DNA of 64,000 nt, taken from Candidatus Aminicenantales bacterium. GTDB taxonomy: Bacteria; Acidobacteriota; Aminicenantia; Aminicenantales; UBA4085. Below the pieces are notes generated by a model that saw only the letters and a program-made list of their open reading frames with translations, was not told where the DNA came from and made no database searches. Positions 22,257-35,141 of this stretch are shown one piece after another. The translations under genes were made by a program, and so were the position numbers. Location of the stretch: assembly GCA_049515535.1 (NCBI GenBank), contig JBEKTZ010000016.1, positions 1 through 64,000 on the forward strand. Direction: 5' to 3'. Position 1 is the first letter of the stretch. The number at the start of each line of letters is the position of its first letter.

Positions 22257-22355
22257 ATTGGGGTCGCGTCTACACTTTGCACTTTTAATGGAAAAAATAG
22301 ACGCGACCCCGATTACTTCCAAAGTGAAAGTGCAAAGTGTAGACGCGACCCCAAT
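22257..22355. repeat. 29-bp perfect inverted repeat (REPIN-like) with an internal third partial copy
   Basis: ATTGGGGTCGCGTCTACACTTTGCACTTT at 22257-22285, exact reverse complement at 22327-22355; TAGACGCGACCCC also at 22298-22310. Confidence 0.85.
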
Positions 22356-23584
22356 TATTCCCGGCTGCTTGGATCGGTCGCGGAAAGCCCCGCGACAAGG
22401 CCCGACGCCCAGGCCCAGGCCAGGTTGAAACCGCCGCGCTTGCCCTGGACGTCCAGAATCTCGCCGGCGAAGAATATGCCTTTGCAGAGTCTTGATTCGA
22501 GCGTTCGCGGATCGACTTCGCCGGCGTCCACGCCCCCGCTCGTGAATTCGGCCTCGTTCCAGCCGCGCGTCCCGTGCACGGTGAATCGCTTTTCTTTGAG
22601 GGCGACGGCCAGGGCGTGCGCTTTCTTGCTCTGATCCTGATGTCCCGTGGGGAGGATCTCAGGGATCAACGCCGCGAATTTGTACGGCAGGATTCCGGCG
22701 CCCAGCTCGCCGTCCACCCATCCCGCCTTCATTCGCCTTTCGAATTCAGCGGCCAGGGCTTCTTGGGTCATGAACGGGACAAGGTCCAGGACGATGGCGA
22801 CGTTCCGGTTCTTGTCCCGGTGGAGGGCGATGGAGAGGCTTTCGCTGACGTCGAGGACGACCGTGCCGGACAAGCCGTATTGCGTGAACAGGACGTCTCC
22901 CCCGGCTGTCCCGGCGGGCTTGCCGTCGATCATTGCCGCGGCGCGGGTCATCATTTTCTGGCCTTGGAGAACGTGGCACATTTTGTCATTGACCAGAAGC
23001 GGGACGGCGCTCGGTACTGGCGGGATAATGTGATGGCCGAGCTTTTGGGCCAGTCTGTGGCCGCTGCCGTCGGAGCCCAGCGCTGGGTAAGCCATGCCGC
23101 CGCCGGCCAGGATGACCGAATGGGCTTCGATTTTGCGGGTCGGGCCGGCCTCGATTCTGAATCCGAAGGCGGAAGGTTCGACGGCGGACGTTTCGAAACC
23201 CAGCTCGACGGCGATGCCGAGCCTCCGGATTTCCATCTCGAGAACATGCAACACCGAGGAGGCCTGGTTGGTGACCGGGAAAACGCGGCCCCCTTCGGAA
23301 TAGACTTCGAGCCCCAGGCCGCGAAAGAAATGTTGGATGTCGTCGTTCCCGATCCGGCCGAAAACGGATTCGACGGGGCTCTTGTCCGTGGCCGTATAAT
23401 ATCCCGGGGCGAGGTTTTCGTTCGTCAGGTTGCATCGGCCTCCCCCGGTCACCAGGATCTTTTTTCCGAGGCGCGACATCCTGTCGCAGATCACGGTGCT
23501 TAGGCCCTTCCGTGCGGCGCTGATCGCCGCGGCCAGGCCGGCCGCGCCCCCTCCCACCACGGCGACGTCGAAACAGCGCAGCAT
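22355..23584 (-). CDS. HI0933/BaiN-family flavoprotein
   Basis: VVGGGAAGLAAA, GKKILVTGGGRCNLTN, GRVFP, TSGGV, GEILDVQGKRGGFNL. Confidence 0.92.
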   Translation of the reverse strand: MLRCFDVAVVGGGAAGLAAAISAARKGLSTVICDRMSRLGKKILVTGGGRCNLTNENLAPGYYTATDKSPVESVFGRIGNDDIQHFFRGLGLEVYSEGGRVFPVTNQASSVLHVLEMEIRRLGIAVELGFETSAVEPSAFGFRIEAGPTRKIEAHSVILAGGGMAYPALGSDGSGHRLAQKLGHHIIPPVPSAVPLLVNDKMCHVLQGQKMMTRAAAMIDGKPAGTAGGDVLFTQYGLSGTVVLDVSESLSIALHRDKNRNVAIVLDLVPFMTQEALAAEFERRMKAGWVDGELGAGILPYKFAALIPEILPTGHQDQSKKAHALAVALKEKRFTVHGTRGWNEAEFTSGGVDAGEVDPRTLESRLCKGIFFAGEILDVQGKRGGFNLAWAWASGLVAGLSATDPSSRE

Positions 23585-23650
23585 GATTATACAGCTTACC
23601 CGAAGTGAGGGCGTTCGTAAAGCGCCTTGGGGCCGAGGGCGTTCAATCTG

Positions 23651-23679
23651 TTGACTTTTCTGCCGGTTGCCTCTAAACT
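23651..23679 (+). promoter_or_regulatory. Sigma70-type promoter of leuS
   Basis: TTGACT-17-TAAACT. Confidence 0.6.
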
Positions 23680-23747
23680 TTAGCCTGATTCCAGCCTGTC
23701 CGACGGCATCCCCATAGGGTCGCGGAACAACAAGGAACGATCGAGCC

Positions 23748-26221
<2,474 letters not shown>

Positions 26222-26225
<4 letters not shown>

Positions 26226-26746
26226 AACCGTATAAAGTTGGCCTTCTGATTCTGGCCGTCATCTCCCTGGCGGGGTGCGGCTACCGCCTTCGCGGCACGG
26301 GAAACCTGCGGGATGTCCTCCCGGCTTATGTCAAGAAGATCTGCGTCCCGCTTTTCAAGAACGATACGACGCGGTTCGAGCTCGATAAAAAACTCACCGA
26401 GGGCGTCATCGACGAGTTCGTATCCCGGGGAAAGGTCGAGATCACCTCGGATGCCGCATCCGCCGACGCGACGCTGACCGGCGAGATCCTGAGGTTCACG
26501 GCCGTCCCGTCCGGATTCTCGGCCCAGGGATCGGCCGACCATTACACCATTTACGTTGTCGCCAGCGTCGTCTTGACGGACATGAAAAACAAAAAGGTCA
26601 TTTATTCGAATCCCTCGTATGTCTACAACGAGGATTACGAGGTTCCCCAGGGAAAAGACTTCGAATCCGTCGAAACCGAAGCGCTCAAGAAGATCGCCGT
26701 AAAATTCGCCCGGAACCTCGTCCTCACCATCCTCGAGGGATTCTAG
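26222..26746 (+). CDS. lptE: LptE-family lipoprotein
   Basis: Lipobox LAGCGYRL; leuS-lptE-holA synteny. Confidence 0.85.
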
Positions 26747-26748
26747 GA

Positions 26749-27804
26749 ATGCGGAGCGCTCTGTTCAACCGGGAGATCCGGGAAGAGAACCTCGCGGCCG
26801 GATATTTCTTCCACGGCGAGGAGTTCTTTCAGGCGCATCAATTCATCCGCGACCTCCAGCGCGAGCTGGCTTCTCCGGACGACCAGGGCGTTGGCCTGGA
26901 GCGGTTCAGCTTATCCACGACGCCCTGGCGGGACATCCTGGACGTGGCCCGGACCATGCCTTTTTTCTTCTCTCCATGGCGGCTGCTCATCGTCGAGATC
27001 GAGGACGACGACGAAGGGGATCTGACCGCGCCCGAGATGAAGATCCTCAAGGAATATTTTGCCGCGCCCACGCCGAAAACGATCCTGATCGTCCTCTTCG
27101 CCGGCAAGATCCGGAAGACCAAGCCTCTCTTAAAGTTTTTTTCGTCGCTTCCGCCGACGGCCGTCGTCGTCAAGGAGCTCAAGGCCCTCAAGGACGGAGC
27201 GTTGTTCGCCTGGGTGGAGGCGAAAGTAACGGCGCTCGGAAAACGGGCAAGCTCGGAGACCATCGACCACCTGATCGAAGTGACGAGCAGCGACTTGTAT
27301 CGCCTCGACAACGAACTGGAGAAACTGGCGACATATGCCGGGGACAAGAAGCTCATCGAAGAGGCGGATGTCAATCGACTCTCGGCCGGGCTCAAGGATT
27401 TTGATCATTGGGAACTCACGAATTGCCTGGAGAAAGCCGATTTTGAGAAGAGCCTGACCGTTTTAAACAGTTTATTCGCGGAAAATTACGCCCCGCCGTA
27501 TATCCTGGGCATCCTCGCGAGCTTCCTCCGCGACATCCTGCTGGCGAAGACATGGCTGAGAGAAAAAAAGGACCGGCGGGAGATCTTCCGGGAGCTCAGG
27601 CCCCAGATTTCCGAAACATATGTCAGCCTTTATCGGGCGAAGTTCAAGGACCTCTTCGATCTGGTGGAACGGCTTTCCCTGAAAGAGATCAATTTTCTTA
27701 TCGCCCGGCTCGAGCAGGTCGATCTCAAGATCAAGACGACGGACGCGTCGGCCCAGGCGCTTTTCGAGGCGTTTATCTCTGAGTATTGCCGGCTTCGAAA
27801 ATAG
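26749..27804 (+). CDS. holA: DNA polymerase III delta subunit
   Basis: YFFHGEE, TMPFFF, LDNELEKLATY, DLKIKT; synteny. Confidence 0.88.
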   Translation: MRSALFNREIREENLAAGYFFHGEEFFQAHQFIRDLQRELASPDDQGVGLERFSLSTTPWRDILDVARTMPFFFSPWRLLIVEIEDDDEGDLTAPEMKILKEYFAAPTPKTILIVLFAGKIRKTKPLLKFFSSLPPTAVVVKELKALKDGALFAWVEAKVTALGKRASSETIDHLIEVTSSDLYRLDNELEKLATYAGDKKLIEEADVNRLSAGLKDFDHWELTNCLEKADFEKSLTVLNSLFAENYAPPYILGILASFLRDILLAKTWLREKKDRREIFRELRPQISETYVSLYRAKFKDLFDLVERLSLKEINFLIARLEQVDLKIKTTDASAQALFEAFISEYCRLRK

Positions 27805-27810
27805 GCGGGA

Positions 27811-28089
27811 TCAGTTCGCCGGAGCGGACTTGACCGATTCCACCTGCCGGCTGAGCCGCGATTTGTACCGCGACCCCTTGTTCTTGTGGATCGTTCCCTT
27901 TTTGACGCTGATATCTATGGTCGAATAGACTTGAGGAAGAATCTTCTTGGCGGTTTCCTTATCCTTGGACTGGATAAGCTCTTTGATCTTCTTGACATGA
28001 GAACGGAGGGCGGACTTGTTCTTCTTGTTGACGGCCTGCCTCCGGACGCTCCGGCGCTGTTGCTTGATCGCGGAATGATGATGAGCCAT
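27811..28089 (-). CDS. rpsT: 30S ribosomal protein S20
   Basis: SAIKQQRRS..N..KGTIHKNKGSRYKSRL; TTGACT-17-TATTAT promoter at 28116-28144. Confidence 0.95.
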   Translation of the reverse strand: MAHHHSAIKQQRRSVRRQAVNKKNKSALRSHVKKIKELIQSKDKETAKKILPQVYSTIDISVKKGTIHKNKGSRYKSRLSRQVESVKSAPAN

Positions 28090-28179
28090 ATTCAAATCTC
28101 CTCTAAAACCGAGATATAATAGAACATAAGGTCCCCAAAGTCAACAAGCGGGCGGAGGGAAGGAGACGAAAGGTCCGTC

Positions 28180-28665
28180 ATGATCATCGTGTTGCAGCGT
28201 GTGAAAAAAGCCCGGGTCGAGGTGGACGGCCGAATCGCCGGAGAAATCGGGAAAGGCATCTGCCTGCTCGTAGGCATCGAGAAAGGCGATACGCCCCGGG
28301 ACGTGGAATCATTGGCCGGGAAAGCGGTGGAACTTCGGATTTTTCCCGACGCCGAAGGGAAAATGAATCTATCGTCGGCCGATGTGGGGGCCGAGGTGCT
28401 TGCCGTCTCTCAATTCACCCTGGCCGCTTCCGTGAAGAAAGGCCGCCGGCCCAGCTTCGACAACGCCGAGAGCCCTGCTCGAGCGGCGGAGCTTTTCGAT
28501 CATTTCGTCGATCTTGTCCGCACGGCCGGTTTCAAGGTCGAGACCGGCGTCTTTCAGGCGGTCATGGACGTCCATATCCTCAACGACGGCCCCGTGACCT
28601 TCATCCTCGATTCGAAGTCCCGGAAAGTTGAATTCCGGGAGGGTTCAACCCCCGTTTCTAGATGA
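28180..28665 (+). CDS. dtd: D-aminoacyl-tRNA deacylase
   Basis: VLQRV, LRIF, VSQFTL, GRRPSF, NDGPVT. Confidence 0.96.
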   Translation: MIIVLQRVKKARVEVDGRIAGEIGKGICLLVGIEKGDTPRDVESLAGKAVELRIFPDAEGKMNLSSADVGAEVLAVSQFTLAASVKKGRRPSFDNAESPARAAELFDHFVDLVRTAGFKVETGVFQAVMDVHILNDGPVTFILDSKSRKVEFREGSTPVSR

Positions 28666-29257
28666 ATTTCAAATCGCAGATTTTTTCGAGCGCTTCGACC
28701 GCGGCCGTCCGGACATAAGGATTCGAGTCCTTCGAGAGGCGGACGAGAAGGGTTCGCGCCTCCTTCCCCCCGATTTCGCCGAGGGCCTGGGCCGCGTTAC
28801 GTTTGACCTCGACATTCGGGTCGTCGATGACGCCCTGGATATGCCTGACGGCTTCGGCGTTTTTCTTGAGGCTGAGGATCTTGAGGATAGCGCTTTTCAC
28901 GTACCAGGGCGGATGGGCCAGTCTCTCATAGATCTTGAAAATGGGACAATCGTCCCGGCGGGCGAGCTCCTGGACCGCTATGTCCCGGATTTCCTCGCTC
29001 GAGTCCGCCAGCAGTTCCATGAAAACGGCGCAGACCCATGGATGCGAAAGCCGGGCGATACCGTGCAACAGCTTGATCTTCTTGTCCCTGTTCTGGAGAA
29101 TGTCGATCCTGCGGAGGATGGCCTTGGTGATGGTTTCGGCGTCGGCCTCTTTGGCCTCCGCGGCTTTCATCTGTTCGAGGATATCCAGACCCGTCTCCTC
29201 GAATATCTCGGAATTGCCGTTGCGCGAGCGCCTGAGAAACTTGACCACTCTCGTCAT
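28658..29257 (-). CDS. HEAT-repeat protein
   Basis: [46 protein letters not shown] overlap with the ribBA stop. Confidence 0.85.
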   Translation of the reverse strand: MTRVVKFLRRSRNGNSEIFEETGLDILEQMKAAEAKEADAETITKAILRRIDILQNRDKKIKLLHGIARLSHPWVCAVFMELLADSSEEIRDIAVQELARRDDCPIFKIYERLAHPPWYVKSAILKILSLKKNAEAVRHIQGVIDDPNVEVKRNAAQALGEIGGKEARTLLVRLSKDSNPYVRTAAVEALEKICDLKFI

Positions 29258-30534
29258 ACCATTTCGAGGATATGGCCCATTTTTTCCTTTTTGGTCTTCA
29301 TGTATTGAAGATTGATCGTGTTCGGCGGGATCTCGATCGGGACGCGTTCGACGATTTCGAGGCCATAGCCGGTCAGCCCGAAGAATTTCCGCGGGTTGTT
29401 GGTCAACAGCCGGATTTTCTTGACCCCCAGCGAGACAAGGACCTGGGCGCCGATGCCGTAATCCCGCTGATCGGGCTTGAACCCCAGCAGCGTGTTGGCC
29501 TCGACCGTGTCCGCGCCCAGGTCCTGCATGGCGTAGGCTTTGATCTTGTTGGTCAGCCCGATGCCCCGCCCCTCGTGGTTGAGGATGTAGAGGATGACGC
29601 CTTTTCCGTCTTTTTCGATCTTTTCCATTGCCTGGTGGAGCTGGTCGCCGCAGTCGCAGCGGCAGGAGCCGAACGTGTCGCCGGTCATGCACTGGGAATG
29701 GGCCCGCACAAGCGTGGGTTCCTCGGCCCGGATCTCGCCCTTGACCAAGGCCAGATGGTTTTCGTGATGGATGATGTCTTCGAACACCGCGATCTTGAAA
29801 TCGCCGTATCGCGTCGGGAGTTCCGCTTCCTCGATCTTGACGACGAGGCATTCGTTTTTCATCCGGTAGTTGATCAGGTCGGCGATCGTCAGGATCGGGA
29901 TGCCGTGCTCCTCGCTGATCCGTTCGAGCTCGGGCATCCGGGCCATGGTCCCGTCCTCGTTCATGATCTCGCAGATCACGCCGGCCGGCGCCAGGCCGGC
30001 GAGCCGGGCCAGGTCCACGGCGGCTTCGGTTTGGCCGGCGCGAGCGAGGACGCCGCCCTCCTTGGCTTGAAGCGGGAAAATATGTCCGGGTCGGGCGAGG
30101 TCGGAAGGCTTCGTCTTCGGATCGACGGCCAGCCGCACGGTCCGCGCCCGGTCGTACGCGGAAATGCCCGTCGTGATTCCTTCGATCGCGTCGATGGAGA
30201 CGGTGAAGGCGGTCTGGAACCTGGCGGTGTTGTCCTGGACCATCAGCGGCAGATGGAGCTCCTCGAGCCTCGTTCTCGTCAAGGGCAGGCAGATGAGCCC
30301 TCGTCCGTGCTTGGACATAAAGTTGATGGCGTCGGGGGTGACTTTCTCAGCCGCGACCATCAGGTCGCCTTCGTTTTCACGGTCCTCGTCGTCGACGATG
30401 ATGATCAATTGTCCCCGACGGACGGCCCCGATCGCTTCTTCCACAGCGGCCGGGGCCCCGGGCTTTGCCCGGGGGTCCGCTTCCGCCGCGAAGGCTCGTC
30501 CCTTGACCGTGGCCGTCGCGCTTTTATTTTTCAT
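29254..30534 (-). CDS. ribBA: DHBP synthase / GTP cyclohydrolase II, with a 21-aa repeat-derived insert
   Basis: [50 protein letters not shown]. Confidence 0.97.
   Translation of the reverse strand: MKNKSATATVKGRAFAAEADPRAKPGAPAAVEEAIGAVRRGQLIIIVDDEDRENEGDLMVAAEKVTPDAINFMSKHGRGLICLPLTRTRLEELHLPLMVQDNTARFQTAFTVSIDAIEGITTGISAYDRARTVRLAVDPKTKPSDLARPGHIFPLQAKEGGVLARAGQTEAAVDLARLAGLAPAGVICEIMNEDGTMARMPELERISEEHGIPILTIADLINYRMKNECLVVKIEEAELPTRYGDFKIAVFEDIIHHENHLALVKGEIRAEEPTLVRAHSQCMTGDTFGSCRCDCGDQLHQAMEKIEKDGKGVILYILNHEGRGIGLTNKIKAYAMQDLGADTVEANTLLGFKPDQRDYGIGAQVLVSLGVKKIRLLTNNPRKFFGLTGYGLEIVERVPIEIPPNTINLQYMKTKKEKMGHILEMV
30443..30507. repeat. Palindromic repeat copy B (63 bp net), in frame in ribBA
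   Basis: Encodes (V)[21 protein letters not shown]; 4 mismatches to copy C. Confidence 0.92.
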
Positions 30535-30553
30535 TCCGATCGATCCTCTAATC

Positions 30554-31144
30554 CTATTTTTTTGTTTGAGTTATCCAATTATACACATATTTGCCGATCA
30601 TGTCACACTCGACGTTGACCCGGTCTCCCGTCTTCAGGTCGCGGAGGTTGGAGTTTTCGAGGGTGATGGGGATGATCTCGACGTCGAAGGAGGACGGGGC
30701 CAGGGCCGCCACGGTCAGGCTGACCCCGTTCACGGCGACCGAACCCTTGGGGATGAAATAGGACCTGAATTCGCGGGGCAGGGACAAGCTCAGCCTTTTT
30801 CCCGGCTTTCGCGGGATCGCCCGGAGCAGGCGGGACGTGAAATCCACGTGGCCCATGACGAGATGCCCGCTGAGCGGCGAGGCCAAGGTCAAAGGGAGCT
30901 CCAGGTTCAACCGGAGCCCCGGTCGGAGCGTGCCGAGGCTCGAGCGTTCGATCGTTTCTTTGGAGAGGTTGAAAAAAAGAAGGCGGGCGTCCTTGCGGAT
31001 GACGCTCAGGCAGACGCCGTCGACCGCAACGCTCTCTCCGACCGCAAGGCGAGCCGTCACGTCCGGCGCTTCGACCGCCAGCTCTTTTTTGCCTTGGCGA
31101 TAGCCCCTGAAAAAGCCCGAATGCGTGATGATTCCCGTGAACAT
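30554..31144 (-). CDS. ribE: Riboflavin synthase
   Basis: [41 protein letters not shown]. Confidence 0.96.
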   Translation of the reverse strand: MFTGIITHSGFFRGYRQGKKELAVEAPDVTARLAVGESVAVDGVCLSVIRKDARLLFFNLSKETIERSSLGTLRPGLRLNLELPLTLASPLSGHLVMGHVDFTSRLLRAIPRKPGKRLSLSLPREFRSYFIPKGSVAVNGVSLTVAALAPSSFDVEIIPITLENSNLRDLKTGDRVNVECDMIGKYVYNWITQTKK

Positions 31145-32244
31145 CAGAAATATCCTTCCAGGAGAGTGTCCTCTCCGATCCCGAATAAAGAAACCGTTCT
31201 CAGTCGAAGCGCGTCCTTGATTCCGGCGGCTCCCGCGCCGCCGAAAAATGACACAGCGTCTCTCCCGCCGATGAGGCGCGGAGAGAAAGAGAGCAGGACC
31301 TTATCCGCGAGCTTCCGTTCGAGAAACGCGGTCGCGGTTTGTCCCCCGCCTTCGACCAGGAGACTCGCGATCTCCTGCGTGCCGAGCTTGGCGAGAACCC
31401 GGCCGAGGTCGAGCCGCGGTCCGCGGGCGGGCAGGGATATGACTTCGACGCCGTTTCTCGTCAGCGCCTCTTTTTTCCGAAGGGGCGCGTTCGCGGCGGC
31501 GAAGACGATGATCTTTCCTTCCGGGAGCGTGGAGAGGATCCGCGCCTTTAGAGGAATCCGCAGGCCGGCGTCAAGGACAACGCGGGCGATCCTTTTCTTC
31601 GGCCAGTTGGGATGGCGGACGGTCAGACGCGGATCGTCGCGGAGGATGGTATTGATCCCGACCAGGAGTGCGTCGCATTCTCCGCGCAGGAGATGGGCGT
31701 ATTCGCGCGTCGCTTCCGCCGAGATCCACCGGGAATCGAACGTTTTCGTCGCCATTTTCCCGTCCAGGCTCAGGGCCGCTTTCAGCGTGACGAAGGGGAT
31801 CTTCCGGGTGATGTACTTGATGTAGCATTCGTTGAGGCGGCGGTTCCTCTCCGCGAGGAGGCCGACCGTGACGTCGAGTCCGGCCCGGCGCAGGGCGCGG
31901 ATGCCTTTGCGGAAAACGAGGGGATTGGGGTCGAGCGCGGAGACCACGACTTTCTTCAAGCCGGCGGTCAGGACGGCATCGACGCAGGGCGGCGTCCGGC
32001 CCCAGTGGACGCAGGGCTCGAGCGTCACGTACAGCGTCGCGCCATGGGCCCGCGCGCCCGCGCGCATCAGGGCCAGGGTCTCGGCGTGAGGATGGCCGGC
32101 GCCCAGATGATATCCATGCCCGACGATGACGTCGTTTTTTACGACCAGGGCTCCGACATAAGGATTGGGGCCGGCCCCGCCGATGGCCTTTTCCGCGAGG
32201 CCGTAGGCCATTTGCATGTACGCCGCGTCTTTAAGGTCGTTCAT
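31144..32244 (-). CDS. ribD: Riboflavin deaminase/reductase
   Basis: [34 protein letters not shown]. Confidence 0.96.
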   Translation of the reverse strand: MNDLKDAAYMQMAYGLAEKAIGGAGPNPYVGALVVKNDVIVGHGYHLGAGHPHAETLALMRAGARAHGATLYVTLEPCVHWGRTPPCVDAVLTAGLKKVVVSALDPNPLVFRKGIRALRRAGLDVTVGLLAERNRRLNECYIKYITRKIPFVTLKAALSLDGKMATKTFDSRWISAEATREYAHLLRGECDALLVGINTILRDDPRLTVRHPNWPKKRIARVVLDAGLRIPLKARILSTLPEGKIIVFAAANAPLRKKEALTRNGVEVISLPARGPRLDLGRVLAKLGTQEIASLLVEGGGQTATAFLERKLADKVLLSFSPRLIGGRDAVSFFGGAGAAGIKDALRLRTVSLFGIGEDTLLEGYF

Positions 32245-33134
32245 GTGAGGAGCGCGTCCACGAATCGGTCGGCCGAGAACTCGAGGATTTCGTCCTCGCT
32301 TTCTCCGGTTCCGACGTACTTGATCGGCAGGGCGAGCTGATCGGCGATGCCGATGACGGACCCGCCTTTGGCCGTCCCGTCGAGCTTGGTCAGGAAGATC
32401 CCGGTGATGCCGGAAAACTTCATGAATTCCCGGGCCTGGGGCAGGGCGTTCTGACCGATGCTCGCGTCCAAAACAAGAAGAATTTCCTGCGGAGCGCCCT
32501 CGATCTCGCGGGCGATGACCCGCTTGATTTTATCGAGCTCGTTCATGAGGTTGGTGTTGGTGTGGATCCGGCCCGCCGTGTCCACGAGCATGTAATCGAA
32601 ACCCTGCGCCTTGAATCGGCGCGCGGCGTCGAAAACGACGGACGCCGGATCGGCCCCATAAGAACCCTTAACCACCGGAACGTTCAGCCGTTTTCCCCAG
32701 ACCGCGAGCTGTTCCTGGGCGGCGGCGCGGAACGTGTCCGCCGCGACGAAGAGGCATTTCTTGCCCTCATCCCCGAAGCGCCGGGCGAGCTTGGCCAGTG
32801 AGGTCGTCTTGCCTCCCCCGTTGACGCCGACCATCATGAGAACGCCGGGCGAAGGTCCGAGCGCGGGCCGGCCGGGATATTTCGACAGGATCCCGGCGAG
32901 CTCGGCTTTCAGGACGGCCTCGACGGTTTCGAACGGATCCGTTTTCTTGGTGTTTCGGGCGATGGCGGAGATGATCTTTTCCGTCGTGGCGACGCCGACA
33001 TCGGCGAGGATCAGGGTCTCGGCCAGCTCGTCGAGAATTTCTTCTTGCCGACGGCCGCTTTTCAGAATCGCGTCGAATTTTTGGATGAAGGCCTGCCGCG
33101 TTTTGGCCAGCTTGTCGCGTAAACTTCCTATCAC
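32241..33134 (-). CDS. ftsY: SRP receptor FtsY
   Basis: GVNGGGKTT, DTFRAAA, DTAGR, TKLDGTAKGG; GTG start chosen from promoter position. Confidence 0.95.
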   Translation of the reverse strand: MIGSLRDKLAKTRQAFIQKFDAILKSGRRQEEILDELAETLILADVGVATTEKIISAIARNTKKTDPFETVEAVLKAELAGILSKYPGRPALGPSPGVLMMVGVNGGGKTTSLAKLARRFGDEGKKCLFVAADTFRAAAQEQLAVWGKRLNVPVVKGSYGADPASVVFDAARRFKAQGFDYMLVDTAGRIHTNTNLMNELDKIKRVIAREIEGAPQEILLVLDASIGQNALPQAREFMKFSGITGIFLTKLDGTAKGGSVIGIADQLALPIKYVGTGESEDEILEFSADRFVDALLT

Positions 33135-33143
33135 GATGAAAAG

Positions 33144-33172
33144 ATTATAGATTCCCATGTCCCCAGTGTCAA
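33144..33172 (-). promoter_or_regulatory. Consensus sigma70 promoter of the ftsY-rib operon
   Basis: Perfect TTGACA-17-TATAAT. Confidence 0.85.
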
Positions 33173-33371
33173 CGAATGTCGGCCGCGCGGACACTCTTGG
33201 AGGGAAACCCTTTTTGGGGTTTCCCTCCAACGGGAGCTTCGCTCCCTGCCTCTCTTTCCTGGAGCATTTCGTGAGCGCAATTTTGCGGCCAGCCCCTATT
33301 TATAAAATGGGACGCCCCGGTCGGCGTCACCCGTTCTCCCTTTTTCCCCATATGACTCTTTTCGATGCTCC
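33173..33371. repeat. Structured multi-hairpin intergenic element, locus 2
   Basis: Hairpins TTGGAGGGAAACCC..GGGTTTCCCTCCAA and GGGAGCTTCGCTCCC; motifs shared with loci 1 and 3. Confidence 0.6.
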
Positions 33372-33446
33372 GTTTTAGAAACTGTTCGACGGTCAGGGGC
33401 TCCCCTCCGTGACAGGGCCGGTGAATTGTGTTAAATTTTAAAATCG

Positions 33447-35141
33447 ATGGATGGATGTATCTGGAAAATAGCGCCCGACAGCGAAGCGGCCGAACGGCTG
33501 GCCTCCGCGTTGGGCATTCCCCTGCCCATTTCCCGGATCCTCGTCAACCGGAAGATCAGGGAGCCGGAAGACGCGCATCGTTTTCTCTATGGCTCGCCCG
33601 ACCAGCTCCATGACCCTTATCTCATGCCGGGCATGAAAGCGGCCGTGGACCGTATTTTCCGGGCGATCGAAAGCGGCGAAAAGATCCTCATATTCGGCGA
33701 TTACGACGTGGACGGCGTGTTGTCCGTGGTGATGTTGCATAAGGCCCTTCAGTCGCTGGGGGCTGAGGTCGATTATTTCATCCCGGAGCGGCTCAAGGAA
33801 GGATACGGCATCAAGGACGAGCATATCGCGGTCGTTCTGGAACGCGGAGCGCGTCTGGTCATCAGCGTGGATTGCGGCGTCAAAGCCGTGGGGTTCGTCC
33901 GCTTGGCCAAGGAACAAGGCATCGATGTGATCATCACCGACCACCATCTTCCCGGAGATGAACTCCCGGAAGCCCTGGCCATTCTCGACCCCACGCTGGA
34001 AGCTTCGACCTATCCCGACCGGGGCCTGGCCGGCGTAGGCGTGGCTTTTAAGCTGATCCAGGCGCTGCTCGACCGCCAGGGCAAATCATCACGGCTCCGC
34101 CATTACATGAAGCTTGTCGCCATTGGAACGATCGCGGACGTGGCCAAGCTCACGGGCGAAAACAGGATCTTCGTCAAACAGGGGCTCAAGGAGCTCGAGA
34201 ACGTTTCCAATATCGGCCTGAAAAGCCTGATCGAGGTCGCCGGGCTGAAAGGCAAGAAGATTTCGGAGGGCGATATCGGGTTCCGCATCGGGCCGCGCAT
34301 CAACGCCGCCGGACGGATGGAGCACGCCGACCTGGCGGTCAAGCTGTTCTTCTCCGAATCCTCGGAGGATGCGCTTCCCCTTGCCCTCCTCCTGGACCGC
34401 AAGAATACCGACCGGCAGGCGACCGAGGAGAAGATTTACAAGCAGGCCTGCGAGCGCATCGAGAGCCGATCCCTGGACAAGAAACACAAGATCCTCATCC
34501 TGGGCTGCGATGAGTGGCACAAGGGCATCATCGGGATCGTGGCCTCGAAGCTTAAAAGCACTTACTGCCGTCCCGTCATCCTCTTCGTGTACGACGATGA
34601 AACGGCCTCCGGTTCGGGCCGAAGCATTCCGGAGTTCTCCCTGATCCAGTGCCTCGATGAGTGCCGGGAACATTTCCTGAGCTATGGAGGTCATGAATTG
34701 GCGGTCGGATGCACCCTCCGGACTGCTGATTTGCCGGCCTTCAAAAACGCGGCCAATGCCGTGGCCGCCTCCCGGATCAACGACGAAGATATCCGGAGAA
34801 AGATCGAAATCGATACGAGGCTTGATTTCGCCGAACTCGACGCGGCCTTCTTTACGCATCTCGGACTCCTCTCTCCGTTCGGCATGGGCAACCCCCGGCC
34901 CGTTTTCATGTCGGAGGACGTCGAGGTCGCCGGTCCGCCGAAGAGCTTGAAAAATGGCAAGCATGCGAAATTCCTGCTCCGCCAGAACGGCCGGCTGTTC
35001 GAGGCGGTCGGCTGGGGCAAAGGGGAATGGACGGAAGGCGTGCGCCAGGGCGACCGCGTCGCCGTGGCCTACGGCCTCCAATTTTCCTCTTATCTCGGCG
35101 AAGAGAAGCTGACGCTGGTCCTGGAAGGATTGAGGAAATGA
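33447..35141 (+). CDS. recJ: ssDNA exonuclease RecJ
   Basis: GDYDVDG, GYG, ITDHH, GTIADV, GPRINAAGR, GSGRS, PFGMGNP. Confidence 0.96.
   Translation: MDGCIWKIAPDSEAAERLASALGIPLPISRILVNRKIREPEDAHRFLYGSPDQLHDPYLMPGMKAAVDRIFRAIESGEKILIFGDYDVDGVLSVVMLHKALQSLGAEVDYFIPERLKEGYGIKDEHIAVVLERGARLVISVDCGVKAVGFVRLAKEQGIDVIITDHHLPGDELPEALAILDPTLEASTYPDRGLAGVGVAFKLIQALLDRQGKSSRLRHYMKLVAIGTIADVAKLTGENRIFVKQGLKELENVSNIGLKSLIEVAGLKGKKISEGDIGFRIGPRINAAGRMEHADLAVKLFFSESSEDALPLALLLDRKNTDRQATEEKIYKQACERIESRSLDKKHKILILGCDEWHKGIIGIVASKLKSTYCRPVILFVYDDETASGSGRSIPEFSLIQCLDECREHFLSYGGHELAVGCTLRTADLPAFKNAANAVAASRINDEDIRRKIEIDTRLDFAELDAAFFTHLGLLSPFGMGNPRPVFMSEDVEVAGPPKSLKNGKHAKFLLRQNGRLFEAVGWGKGEWTEGVRQGDRVAVAYGLQFSSYLGEEKLTLVLEGLRK

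Noticed and set aside
22257..22355. Possible CRISPR mini-array
   Set aside because: Units are inverted and uneven, there is no regular spacer pattern, and no cas genes are present.
33135..33230. N-terminal extension of FtsY in the ORF track
   Set aside because: It spans a perfect promoter and a hairpin element; the GTG at 33134 fits better.
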